Below, piece after piece: positions 7,653 to 16,998 of a DNA stretch of 32,000 nucleotides (position 1 is the stretch's first letter; every line of letters starts with the position of its first letter). Below the pieces are notes generated by a model. It saw nothing but the letters and a program-made list of their open reading frames with translations, had not been told where the DNA came from and ran no database searches. Made by a program: the position numbers and the translations under genes. Source of the stretch: Halorhodospira halophila SL1 (GTDB taxonomy: Bacteria > Pseudomonadota > Gammaproteobacteria > Nitrococcales > Halorhodospiraceae); NCBI RefSeq assembly GCF_000015585.1, contig NC_008789.1, positions 1,650,001 to 1,682,000 of the forward strand. Reading direction: 5' to 3'.

Positions 7653-8475
7653 GTTCGCCCCCCGGATCCGACAACGCCGCGCGGGAGAAGAGATCTTGCG
7701 GCAACCCCTGGTCATAGACCACCTGCTCGACAAGGAAGCGAGTTTGGTGACCACTATCCAGGTCTTCCATGGTGCTCTCGACAACCGTCCAGTAGCCCTG
7801 GTGCTGCTCCAAGGCCTGCACCGTTAATCGCTTCGCCGGCTCGTCATCGCCCTGGTAGTAGTCGATTCGCAGGGGAACCAGCGACTCTTCATGAACCCAC
7901 TGATCGCGCAGGGTATACACGGAGTTGTCGCCCTCGACAGGGCGACTCTCCAGGCGGAAAACCGGAAGGCCCTCCAACTCATCCCGACCCACGTATTCGT
8001 GTTCGTCCTGCCGGACTTTACGATCGCGCAAATCCTCAAAGAAGAAGTCGCTGTCCACGAAGCGACCGCCCATCCGCTCCGAGGCCACCCTTCGAACCCG
8101 GTCCAGTGCCGGCAGGTAAAGCCATTGATCTGTGCTGCCGTCTGGATAGTCCCGTGTGAGCATCGCCGTATCGGCAACATCCGATGGGGCCGTGAACCGG
8201 ACCAGGTTCCAGACCTCCTCATCGTCAATCTGTAGACGGTACTCGTAGAACGAACGCTCCCGCTCGGAGCGACCGGGGCCATCGAGCACCATACGCCCCT
8301 GTTGCACGGCATCATCCCCTTCGGGGCGGTCATAGACCCACTGGGCCAGCTCCTCGCCATCGGCTGGCTCCTCATTCGCCGCCACCAGCGACACCAACCC
8401 CGCGGTCAGGAGTATCACGCCCCCCAAGACCCCCGAAAAAGGACTTGCCCGTAACATCCTGCCCACGGCCGACAT
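7636..8475 (-). CDS. LolA-like 'outer membrane lipoprotein-sorting' family protein
   Basis: Signal peptide, then VRFTAPSDVADTAMLTRDY...DQWLYLPALDRVRRVAS...FVDSDFFFEDL. This is characteristic of the LolA_like (PF17131-type) family. GGGGAGAG lies upstream of ATG 8475. Confidence 0.7.
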   Translation of the reverse strand: MSAVGRMLRASPFSGVLGGVILLTAGLVSLVAANEEPADGEELAQWVYDRPEGDDAVQQGRMVLDGPGRSERERSFYEYRLQIDDEEVWNLVRFTAPSDVADTAMLTRDYPDGSTDQWLYLPALDRVRRVASERMGGRFVDSDFFFEDLRDRKVRQDEHEYVGRDELEGLPVFRLESRPVEGDNSVYTLRDQWVHEESLVPLRIDYYQGDDEPAKRLTVQALEQHQGYWTVVESTMEDLDSGHQTRFLVEQVVYDQGLPQDLFSRAALSDPGGERAYRP

Positions 8476-8564
8476 AGACGACTCTCCCCATTCAGAGACA
8501 CACGAACCACATCCGTCCTACTCTCCTGTACTGATCGGAATTGCGCAAGCTCCCCTACAAAAAC

Positions 8565-8585
8565 AGCGTCTTTTTTCCTTACAAC
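8565..8585 (+). promoter_or_regulatory. Candidate UAS dyad for PEP-CTERM gene 1
   Basis: AGCGTC-TTTTTTCCT-TACAAC ends 97 nt before the -24 GG at 8682. Confidence 0.35.
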
Positions 8586-8680
8586 GAGGCTCACAACGGC
8601 CTCACCGCCGCGACCAGTCGATCTCCTAACCCGCTATTTCCTTTTGCCTTTTCCACCCCCACTGGGTCTACCCCATAGGG

Positions 8681-8696
8681 TGGCCCCAATCGTGCT
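8681..8696 (+). promoter_or_regulatory. Sigma-54-type promoter upstream of PEP-CTERM gene 1
   Basis: TGGCCCCAATCGTGCT has correct GG-N10-GC spacing, but its flanks are weaker than in the other five promoters. It lies 114 nt upstream of ATG 8810. Confidence 0.45.
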
Positions 8697-8809
8697 ACTA
8701 AAAAGGTCAAGGGCAGATCGCTCCAGATCGGCGCAGCCTCCCGAGATGGCTCGATTAATGGCCCCCAACGAACGAAGCACAGGCACATCACGGCTGGAGA
8801 ATGACAACG

Positions 8810-9736
8810 ATGAAAACCCAACCCATGCTAGGCCTTTTCGCGTCCGCGCTGGTACTTGGAATGCTATCAGCGCCCGCCTACGCCGCCCAGTTCACCATTG
8901 ACCCGAGGGACTTTGCCGGTTTTGATGACGGCCCCACCGCCCCTCTTAATTCCCTTGGCTGGGAGCTTCGAACGGCTACGACCCAGTTCGGAACCAGCTC
9001 CGGAGAAAACTGGCTCCCGGACGGGGGGTCACGCTTTTTGGATATCGGATTCGGGCGAATCGACGCTTACAATCCATACGATATCGGGGATGACCAAATC
9101 GCTGGCATCCGCCAGCGGGATATGACCCTCAGATGGGACAACATCGCCGGCACCCTCGGTGCCGATGGGCAGCTAAGCTACGAGAGTGGGACCATTGATT
9201 TCTACTTTGGCGGGGACGGCATTGGATCGGGGGATCTTCGGAGCAGCGATCCTTTCGATACCAACAGTGCTGAGTGGCAGGCCGCCGGCTCCGGCGAGCA
9301 CGTCCTCTCGATGGAACTGAGTAGGGGGGACGCACTCGCCAGACTCATTACTGACGACGATGGCAATCTAGAGGCGATTGACGCCACCCAGTTTGACCTC
9401 TTCTTTGATATTACTTTTGCACGAGAGGGCTTCTGGGCTCTGACCGATAGCCGCCCCTTTGAAGAACTGATCGGGTTGCAACTGATTTCGGCGTTCGGTG
9501 AGGCCGGCGGTGCCACACAGAGAAACACGGTTCTTAACGACGATGAAAACGCTTTCACCGATGCCGATATCGCGCTCTACACCCACTACGCTGGCGTTCG
9601 GCGCGGTTCGCTGGAGTTCCAGGTGCCCGAGCCGAGCACGCTGATGCTCATGGGGGGATCGCTGATCCTGCTCGCCCTCGCCACCGGTGGCTTTCGTCGG
9701 CGTCAAAGCGAGTCCGGAGGACTAGCGGCCTCGTAG
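8810..9736 (+). CDS. PEP-CTERM sorting-domain protein, acidic paralog 1
   Basis: Signal peptide MKTQPMLGLFASALVLGMLSAPAYA. The C-terminus VPEPSTLMLMGGSLILLALATGGFRRRQ is a PEP motif, TM helix and Arg cluster. ATG 8810 (GGAGA 9 nt upstream) is preferred over 8801. Confidence 0.85.
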   Translation: MKTQPMLGLFASALVLGMLSAPAYAAQFTIDPRDFAGFDDGPTAPLNSLGWELRTATTQFGTSSGENWLPDGGSRFLDIGFGRIDAYNPYDIGDDQIAGIRQRDMTLRWDNIAGTLGADGQLSYESGTIDFYFGGDGIGSGDLRSSDPFDTNSAEWQAAGSGEHVLSMELSRGDALARLITDDDGNLEAIDATQFDLFFDITFAREGFWALTDSRPFEELIGLQLISAFGEAGGATQRNTVLNDDENAFTDADIALYTHYAGVRRGSLEFQVPEPSTLMLMGGSLILLALATGGFRRRQSESGGLAAS

Positions 9737-9787
9737 TCCACCGCAAGCACCTCGGGTGCCTTACGCCTTATACGACACGAAAAGGCA

Positions 9788-9820
9788 CAAGGAGGGGGAC
9801 TTTCCCCCTCCTTGTTTTTT
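9788..9820. terminator. Rho-independent terminator, probably bidirectional (between convergent pep1 and prsT)
   Basis: CAAGGAGGGGGA-CTT-TCCCCCTCCTTG is a 12-bp perfect stem followed by TTTTTT. The complementary strand has a CCTTTT tail. Confidence 0.8.
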
Positions 9821-9844
9821 GGTGCACCAGAAGCTCTCAAGCAC

Positions 9845-12577
9845 TCAATCGCCGAGGTTCGTCAACATTTCCTCTGCGTCCTGGCGCCCCGAAAAGTCCG
9901 CATGCGCCTCCAGCAACTGCTCGAGGATATCACGGGCTTGGCTCACCTGACCGTCAGCACGAAGCGCCCTGGCAAGATTGAGTTGCACGTCCGGATCGCC
10001 GCCGGCAAGGGCCACGGCCTGATCGAGATACTCAACCGCATCGGACGTCCGGTCGTTGCGAAGGAGCACCACGCCGAGGGTGTCCAGCACGGCAGCCTCC
10101 CCCGGGGCCAGGTCATAGGCGCGCCGGGCGTATTCCAGCGCTTGGTCCGGCGCGTCCTCGCGCAGAAGCCACGCCAGGTTATTCAAGGCCAGCGGGTCCT
10201 GCTCACGCTGCTGTAACAGGTGCGTATAAACCTGGATGGCATCCTCGTCGCGACCTGCTTCCAGTAGTGCAGAGCCCAGCACATGGCGCATCTGCGCATC
10301 TGCCGGATTGGCGCTCAGCCAGTCGTTTAGACGATCGATACCGGCATCCAGGTCATCTGCGGCGCGCTTGGCGGTGTAGCCCTCGAGCACCCAGGACCGC
10401 TCCATACGACCTGAGAGGGCGTGTCCATAATGCTCGGCCGCACGCGCAAACCGGCCATCGCGATACGCCAACCAACCCTGATGGGCGTGCACCTCCGGTG
10501 CATCCGGGTTGGCTTCGGCCACCGGTGCGAAAACCTCTTCAGCCTCCTCCCTTTGCCCCTGGCGAGCCAACTGCCGTGACCGGGCATGGGCCGCCGAGTA
10601 GTGGCTGGGATCAGCCGAAAGCGCCGACTCCAAGGCCTCCACCGACCCTTGCTCATCCCCCGCGGCCGCACGCGCCAGCGCGAGCAGGTAATGCAGGTCG
10701 GCGGCATCCGGGTCCAACTCCGTGGCGCGCTCGAGCAGCCTCCGCGCCTCTCGGTCCTCACCGGCCATGCCGTAGATCCGTGCGGCCTCGCCTAGAAACT
10801 GTGCATCCTCCGGACGTTCTTCCAGGGTTTGCTCAAGCACGGACAGCCCCTCGGCTGCGGAATCCATCTGGATCAGCCACTCAGCCAGCCGCATCGCCAC
10901 CCGCGGCTCATCGGGTACTGCTTGATGCACCCCACGAAGCACTTCGATCCCCGCCTCGGCCTCACCGCGGGCGCGCTCGAGGCTGCTAAGATTCATCGCC
11001 AGATCGGCACTGTCCGGAACCGCCTCCAGCCCTTCTCGCAACACACGCCGCGCCCCCGGGCGATCCCCTTGACCCAGGAGGACCGCGGCACGGAGGTTAT
11101 ATCCTACGGGATCCTCCGGGGCCTTATCCTGGGTCCGCTCAGCAGCGACCGCCGCCGCCTCGAAACGCCCAGCCTCGATATAAGCCTGCACCAATGTCAA
11201 ATCCGCTGCACGCAGGGCCCCATCAGCGGACGCCACGGCTTCTAACTCCTCAAGGCCCTTCTCTTCGTCTCCGGCCAGCAGCAGCGCCGTTCCGAGCACC
11301 TCGCGCGTCTCCAGGGCATCGGGTTGCGCGTCCAAAACACGCCTCAGGGTCTGGATACCGGACTCCACATCGCCGGTATCCAGATAGAGCGCACCTAGCC
11401 GATCGCCCAGCTCAGAAACCCATTCCGGCCGTTCCGCGAGCGCCTCACTGAGGACCTCCCGCGCCTCCTCGGGCTGATCTTGCGCCATGTACAACCTTGC
11501 CCGCAAGGTGTAGCTGGTCACAGACCCCGGACCACTCGCGTGGTATCGATTCAGGTGGTGCTCGGCCTGGGCAAGGTTCCCACGCTCAAGCTCCAGCCCT
11601 GCGAGATAGGGGCGCGCCGGGCGATATTCCCGTTGGCGTGCCAGCGCTTCCTCGAACTGCGTTCGGGCTTCATCGGGGGAATCACCCTCGAGTTCTACGA
11701 GCCCCATCAAGAAGTAGCCGCCGGCAAAACCCGGCGCCCCTTCGACCAGTTGCTCGGCGTCAGCTCGGGCCCCTTCAAAGTCTTCTTCGCGAAGCCGAAC
11801 CATCGCTCGCGAGAAACGATCGCTCACATAGTCGGGTCGTAGATCGACGGCTCGATCGAAGGCCTCCCGTGCGCTCTGCCTTTCACCAACGACCTCAGCC
11901 AGGCTGCCGCGAAGCGTCCATGCCGGATAGTAGTCTTCATCGAGCGCCACAGCGGCCTCCAGGTGGCTCGCAGCTTGCGCCCGATCACCGGCAACGAGGG
12001 CACCAAAGGCCTTTGCCAACTCCAGCTCCGGAAGGTCCGCTGCTTCGCTCACCGCGGCCGTCAACAACTCGCTACCCGCTTCGTCATCCCCCCGGTGGTA
12101 GGCCGCCACTGCGCGGTAGGCAAATACCCGGGCCTTGGCCTCCCCCTCAAGCGCTTCGTATTCGAAGTCGACCAGCTCGCCGTGTTGCCTTGTCTCGTGA
12201 TAAAGGCGGGCGAGGGTCGGGGCGTAGCGCTTGGGCTCCGCCCCCTGCTCCAGCGCGCGGGTGAGGTGATTAATCGCTGCGTCGGTATCGCCATCGCCGG
12301 CGTACGCCAACCCGAGCTGACCGCGGGTCTCGGGCGTCTCTACTTTTTGAAGGGCATTCCTATAGTCAAGAACCGCCGCACGGTACTCCCCAGCCTCTAG
12401 TTGCTCCGCCGCGCGCTCCAGATACTCCTCTTCGGACAACCCTTGCCACGCTTCACAACCAACCATCCAAAGCGCGAACACCCCCAGGGCGGCGACGTGC
12501 GGCCACGCCGCCGCCCCCAGCAACGGATTGCGGGGCCGATCGCCCTGTACCCTTCTCAGCCCAGATCCTTTCCTCAC
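9845..12577 (-). CDS. prsT: PEP-CTERM system TPR-repeat lipoprotein
   Basis: 910 aa of TPR repeats throughout, with an N-terminal lipobox LWMVGC. GTG 12577 has AAGGAGGTGA 6 nt upstream. Size and context match PrsT (TIGR02917-like). Confidence 0.85.
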   Translation of the reverse strand: MRKGSGLRRVQGDRPRNPLLGAAAWPHVAALGVFALWMVGCEAWQGLSEEEYLERAAEQLEAGEYRAAVLDYRNALQKVETPETRGQLGLAYAGDGDTDAAINHLTRALEQGAEPKRYAPTLARLYHETRQHGELVDFEYEALEGEAKARVFAYRAVAAYHRGDDEAGSELLTAAVSEAADLPELELAKAFGALVAGDRAQAASHLEAAVALDEDYYPAWTLRGSLAEVVGERQSAREAFDRAVDLRPDYVSDRFSRAMVRLREEDFEGARADAEQLVEGAPGFAGGYFLMGLVELEGDSPDEARTQFEEALARQREYRPARPYLAGLELERGNLAQAEHHLNRYHASGPGSVTSYTLRARLYMAQDQPEEAREVLSEALAERPEWVSELGDRLGALYLDTGDVESGIQTLRRVLDAQPDALETREVLGTALLLAGDEEKGLEELEAVASADGALRAADLTLVQAYIEAGRFEAAAVAAERTQDKAPEDPVGYNLRAAVLLGQGDRPGARRVLREGLEAVPDSADLAMNLSSLERARGEAEAGIEVLRGVHQAVPDEPRVAMRLAEWLIQMDSAAEGLSVLEQTLEERPEDAQFLGEAARIYGMAGEDREARRLLERATELDPDAADLHYLLALARAAAGDEQGSVEALESALSADPSHYSAAHARSRQLARQGQREEAEEVFAPVAEANPDAPEVHAHQGWLAYRDGRFARAAEHYGHALSGRMERSWVLEGYTAKRAADDLDAGIDRLNDWLSANPADAQMRHVLGSALLEAGRDEDAIQVYTHLLQQREQDPLALNNLAWLLREDAPDQALEYARRAYDLAPGEAAVLDTLGVVLLRNDRTSDAVEYLDQAVALAGGDPDVQLNLARALRADGQVSQARDILEQLLEAHADFSGRQDAEEMLTNLGD

Positions 12578-12742
12578 AAGTCACCTCCTTTTATGCGCCG
12601 CACCGACCGGGTGTGCCACAAGCTAACGACCGAGCCGGGGTCTACGCGGCCGGCCACCTCCTATCCCGTAACTCTAGGCGTTTTTTCCTGCAGTGATACC
12701 CGCCCGGCTGATCGGCTCCGGGGCACTCAACGACTGCGATCG

Positions 12743-12763
12743 GACGTTGAGTTTCTTTACACC
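12743..12763 (+). promoter_or_regulatory. Candidate UAS dyad for PEP-CTERM gene 2
   Basis: GACGTT-GAGTTTCTT-TACACC ends 96 nt before the -24 GG at 12859. Confidence 0.4.
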
Positions 12764-12857
12764 CATGGCTGCCCACTCGCCCACCGGCATCCGGCGCCGA
12801 AGACCAGGCTAAATCTGCGGGCCGCACGCGCCGCCCTCGCCCACCGCGCACCCCCAC

Positions 12858-12873
12858 TGGCACGCCCGATGCA
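12858..12873 (+). promoter_or_regulatory. Sigma-54 promoter upstream of PEP-CTERM gene 2
   Basis: TGGCACGCCCGATGCA lies 80 nt upstream of ATG 12953. It is identical to the 16-mer at 14395. Confidence 0.65.
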
Positions 12874-12952
12874 TCAGCGCGCTGGCGAACGTCACCCATG
12901 CGCTCAGTGTCAATAGCCACTTCAAGGAAACCAAGGAAAGGAGACCCAACCG

Positions 12953-13984
12953 ATGAGGACCCAACCGATTCTAAGTCTCGCGACATCTTCGGCGGTGATG
13001 CTCAGCGTGCTCGCCACGCCTGCCCATGCGACTCAGTTCACCATCGACCCCAGCGAATTCGACGGTTTTGATGGCTACGAGGGGGGAGCAACCGCCCCCC
13101 TTGACTCGCTCAGCTGGGAACTACGAACCGCAACCCAGCAATTCGGGCCTAGCGAAAACGAAAACTGGGTCCCGGATCGAGGGTCTTCGTTTATCGACCG
13201 CGGCGTCGGACGCATCCAAGACTACAACCCATTCGATACCGGCGAGGATGTGGAACTGGGCAGTATCGGTGCAAGGGACATGACCCTCAGATGGAATAAT
13301 ATTAAAGGCCGGACCGGCGAGGCGCTCGAGACCCAGGAACTACTGGACGAGGCCGATAATGACCTGCCTGTTGATGAGGTAGGTAATGGCCGGTCTCTGA
13401 TCTATGACAGCGGGACCATCGAGTTCTTCTTTGCCGGAGACGACGATCAGGAGCTGCGAGACCTGGAGACCCCCGAGCCGTGGCACACGGGCGACGATAT
13501 CTGGAACCAGGCTGGTAGTGGCAAAAAAGTCCTCGAGTTGAAACTGACAGGCGGCAGCGCACTGGGTGGTTTCGAGCTCGACGACGACGGCAACCTCCAG
13601 GGGATTGAAGCGACCCAGTTTGACCTCGATTTTGAGGTCACTGATGCGCTGGACGGCTTTTGGGCCACCGCAGATGGTCGTGCCTTTGAAGAACTCATCG
13701 GGTTACAACTAATCACGGCGTTCGGTGAGGCCGGTGGCGCTACAGAAAGAAGCACGGTCATCAACGAGGACGCGTACAGCGATAACGGTGTTGCAGTTGC
13801 AGAAGATTCCGAGGTCGAGCTTTACACCCACTACGCCGGGGGCCGGGAAGGCAAAATGAACTTCCAGGTACCCGAGCCGAGCACGCTGGTGCTCATGGGC
13901 GGGTCGCTCGTGCTGATCGCCCTCGCCACCACCGGTGGCCTGCGCCGGCGGCGAGGCGAGAGCGGAACGCCCGCTTCAGCTTAG
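12953..13984 (+). CDS. PEP-CTERM sorting-domain protein, acidic paralog 2
   Basis: AGGAGA RBS and signal peptide MRTQPILSLATSSAVMLSVLATPAHA. C-terminus VPEPSTLVLMGGSLVLIALATTGGLRRRR. Collinear with paralogs 1 and 3 but carries an extra acidic insert. Confidence 0.85.
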   Translation: MRTQPILSLATSSAVMLSVLATPAHATQFTIDPSEFDGFDGYEGGATAPLDSLSWELRTATQQFGPSENENWVPDRGSSFIDRGVGRIQDYNPFDTGEDVELGSIGARDMTLRWNNIKGRTGEALETQELLDEADNDLPVDEVGNGRSLIYDSGTIEFFFAGDDDQELRDLETPEPWHTGDDIWNQAGSGKKVLELKLTGGSALGGFELDDDGNLQGIEATQFDLDFEVTDALDGFWATADGRAFEELIGLQLITAFGEAGGATERSTVINEDAYSDNGVAVAEDSEVELYTHYAGGREGKMNFQVPEPSTLVLMGGSLVLIALATTGGLRRRRGESGTPASA

Positions 13985-14278
13985 TCAGGGCCTGGCACGC
14001 CAAGGCCTAGCCCGAGTTACGGCCTGATCCAGGTAGTCGTCAGCTCTTCTGGTCCAGCGAAGGCGGACACCCGGATTAGGCTGTGCTCCACCCCAAGCGG
14101 GTCGTTCACTTGACTTTACAGGTCCCCGGCTGGGGCCGCCCCCTGCGGCAGCGCCCCCGCCCGATCCCCCAGCGACAACCGGGCGCACGCCGGTCAGCCG
14201 GCACCACTCTGACGAAGGCCCAGCACCTGGCTGTGGCGCAGCCGTCCCCTCCATTGCCCCTGCAACCGCGCCCGAACC

Positions 14279-14299
14279 GCCGTCGACTTTCTTTACGCC
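14279..14299 (+). promoter_or_regulatory. Candidate UAS dyad for PEP-CTERM gene 3
   Basis: GCCGTC-GACTTTCTT-TACGCC ends 97 nt before the -24 GG at 14396. Confidence 0.4.
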
Positions 14300-14394
14300 C
14301 CTCCCCGGCCAAGCCCGCCTGCAGGGCACCCGCACCCGGGGCCATCCCCCTCAAGGGGCCGCACACGCGGCCCTCGCTCACCACCTGCCACCAC

Positions 14395-14410
14395 TGGCAC
14401 GCCCGATGCA
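14395..14410 (+). promoter_or_regulatory. Sigma-54 promoter upstream of PEP-CTERM gene 3
   Basis: TGGCACGCCCGATGCA lies 76 nt upstream of ATG 14486. Confidence 0.65.
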
Positions 14411-14485
14411 TCGGTCCTGGCGAGGCCGCATTTGGCCCCGGTTCCAGTAACCGCTCCAAGGACACGAAGGAAGGAGACCCAACCC

Positions 14486-15481
14486 ATGAAGATCCAACTA
14501 ATGAAGAAGCAATCGATGCTAGGCCTCGCGGCATCCTCAGCGGTGGTGCTGGGCCTGGTCGCCGCGCCCGCCCACGGCACGGACTTTACGGTCGACCCCG
14601 ATGGGGCGGGGTTCGACGGTTACGACGAGGGCCCGACCGAACCCCTCAACTCCCTCGGCTGGGAACTGCGAACGGCCACCCAGCAGTTCGGTACCAGCGG
14701 GGTGGGCATCCCGGTCGAGGATCCGAACGATGATGGTCAGGGTGGGACTTACATCCCCGACGTCGGATCGACTTTCGTGGACCGCGGATTCGGACGCATC
14801 GACGCCTACAATCCGTTCGATATCGGTGACGACGAACTCCGAGGGCTTGGTCAACGGGATATGACCTTGAGGTGGGACGACATCACCGGGACTATCGGTG
14901 AAGATGGCGAGCTGGACTACGACAGCGGAACCATCGATTTCTACTTTGGCGGGGACGGCCAAATCGGGTCGGACGCCCTTCGGAGCAGCGAAGATTTCGA
15001 CACGACCAGCGATGAGTGGCAATCCGCTGGCACCGGCGAGAACGTCCTTTCCATGGAGCTGACAGACGGCGATGCACTCGCCAGGGTCATAACCGACGAG
15101 GACGGCAACCTCACGGGGATTGACGCCACCCAGTTCGACCTCTTCTTTGACGTTACCGACGCCGATGAAGATTTCTGGGCGATAGCGGGTGGAGAGTCTT
15201 TCGCAGAGCTACTCGCGATGGAGATGGGGCTCTCGGTTTTCGGTGAGGCCGGCGGTGCCATACAGAGAAACACGGTTCTTAACGACGATGAAAACGCTTT
15301 CACCGATCCCGATATCGAGCTCTACACCCACTACGCGGGGGGCCGGCGGGGCTCGATGGAGTTCGAGGTGCCCGAGCCGAGCACACTGATGCTCATGGGC
15401 GGGTCGCTCGTGCTGGTCGCGCTCGCCGCCACCGGTAGCCTGCGCCGGCGTCAAAACGAGACGGGGCAGCTGGCTGCCTAA
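14486..15481 (+). CDS. PEP-CTERM sorting-domain protein, acidic paralog 3
   Basis: ATG 14486 follows GGAAGGAGA, the same leader as paralog 2; the ORF-track start at 14432 lies upstream of this RBS. Signal peptide MKIQLMKKQSMLGLAASSAVVLGLVAAPAHG. C-terminus VPEPSTLMLMGGSLVLVALAATGSLRRRQ. Confidence 0.85.
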   Translation: MKIQLMKKQSMLGLAASSAVVLGLVAAPAHGTDFTVDPDGAGFDGYDEGPTEPLNSLGWELRTATQQFGTSGVGIPVEDPNDDGQGGTYIPDVGSTFVDRGFGRIDAYNPFDIGDDELRGLGQRDMTLRWDDITGTIGEDGELDYDSGTIDFYFGGDGQIGSDALRSSEDFDTTSDEWQSAGTGENVLSMELTDGDALARVITDEDGNLTGIDATQFDLFFDVTDADEDFWAIAGGESFAELLAMEMGLSVFGEAGGAIQRNTVLNDDENAFTDPDIELYTHYAGGRRGSMEFEVPEPSTLMLMGGSLVLVALAATGSLRRRQNETGQLAA

Positions 15482-15543
15482 CAGGGACCCCCTGTTACGT
15501 CGCCTGGCCCCGCTGAGCTGTCAACGGACAGCGCGGCAGGCCT

Positions 15544-15577
15544 GAGGAGGGGGCAAATGCCCCCTCCTCTTTTCCTT
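15544..15577. terminator. Rho-independent terminator between convergent pep3 and prsR
   Basis: GAGGAGGGGGC-AAAT-GCCCCCTCCTC is an 11-bp perfect stem followed by TTTTCCTT. Confidence 0.8.
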
Positions 15578-15629
15578 CCGGCAGCGCTCCAACGAACACG
15601 CGATGACCACTCACCCCACTTACAAGCGG

Positions 15630-16979
<1,350 letters not shown>

Positions 16980-16998
16980 CGTCTTTATGCCTCCCTCA

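Noticed and set aside
8537-8551. CGGAATTGCGCAAGC has GG-N10-GC spacing.
   Set aside because: The flanking bases are poor (GGAAT / AAGC), and it lies upstream of the proposed UAS for pep1. The 8681 site is better placed.
12599-12630. Minus-strand GTGGCAC, and a plus-strand GGTGTG-N9-AACGAC dyad-like sequence (12610-12630), both upstream of prsT.
   Set aside because: The nearest GC after the GG is 4 nt too far away for a -12 box. The dyad's right half deviates from TACRCC, and it sits 33-53 nt from the prsT start, not at enhancer distance. It could be an operator, but the sequence alone does not support that.
13993-14007. TGGCACGCCAAGGCC just after the pep2 stop looks like a sigma-54 -24 box.
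   Set aside because: The GC of the would-be -12 element is one nucleotide too close (GG-N9-GC), there is no TTGC, and there is no dyad at the expected distance upstream. It is more likely part of a weak GGCCT/AGGCC hairpin.
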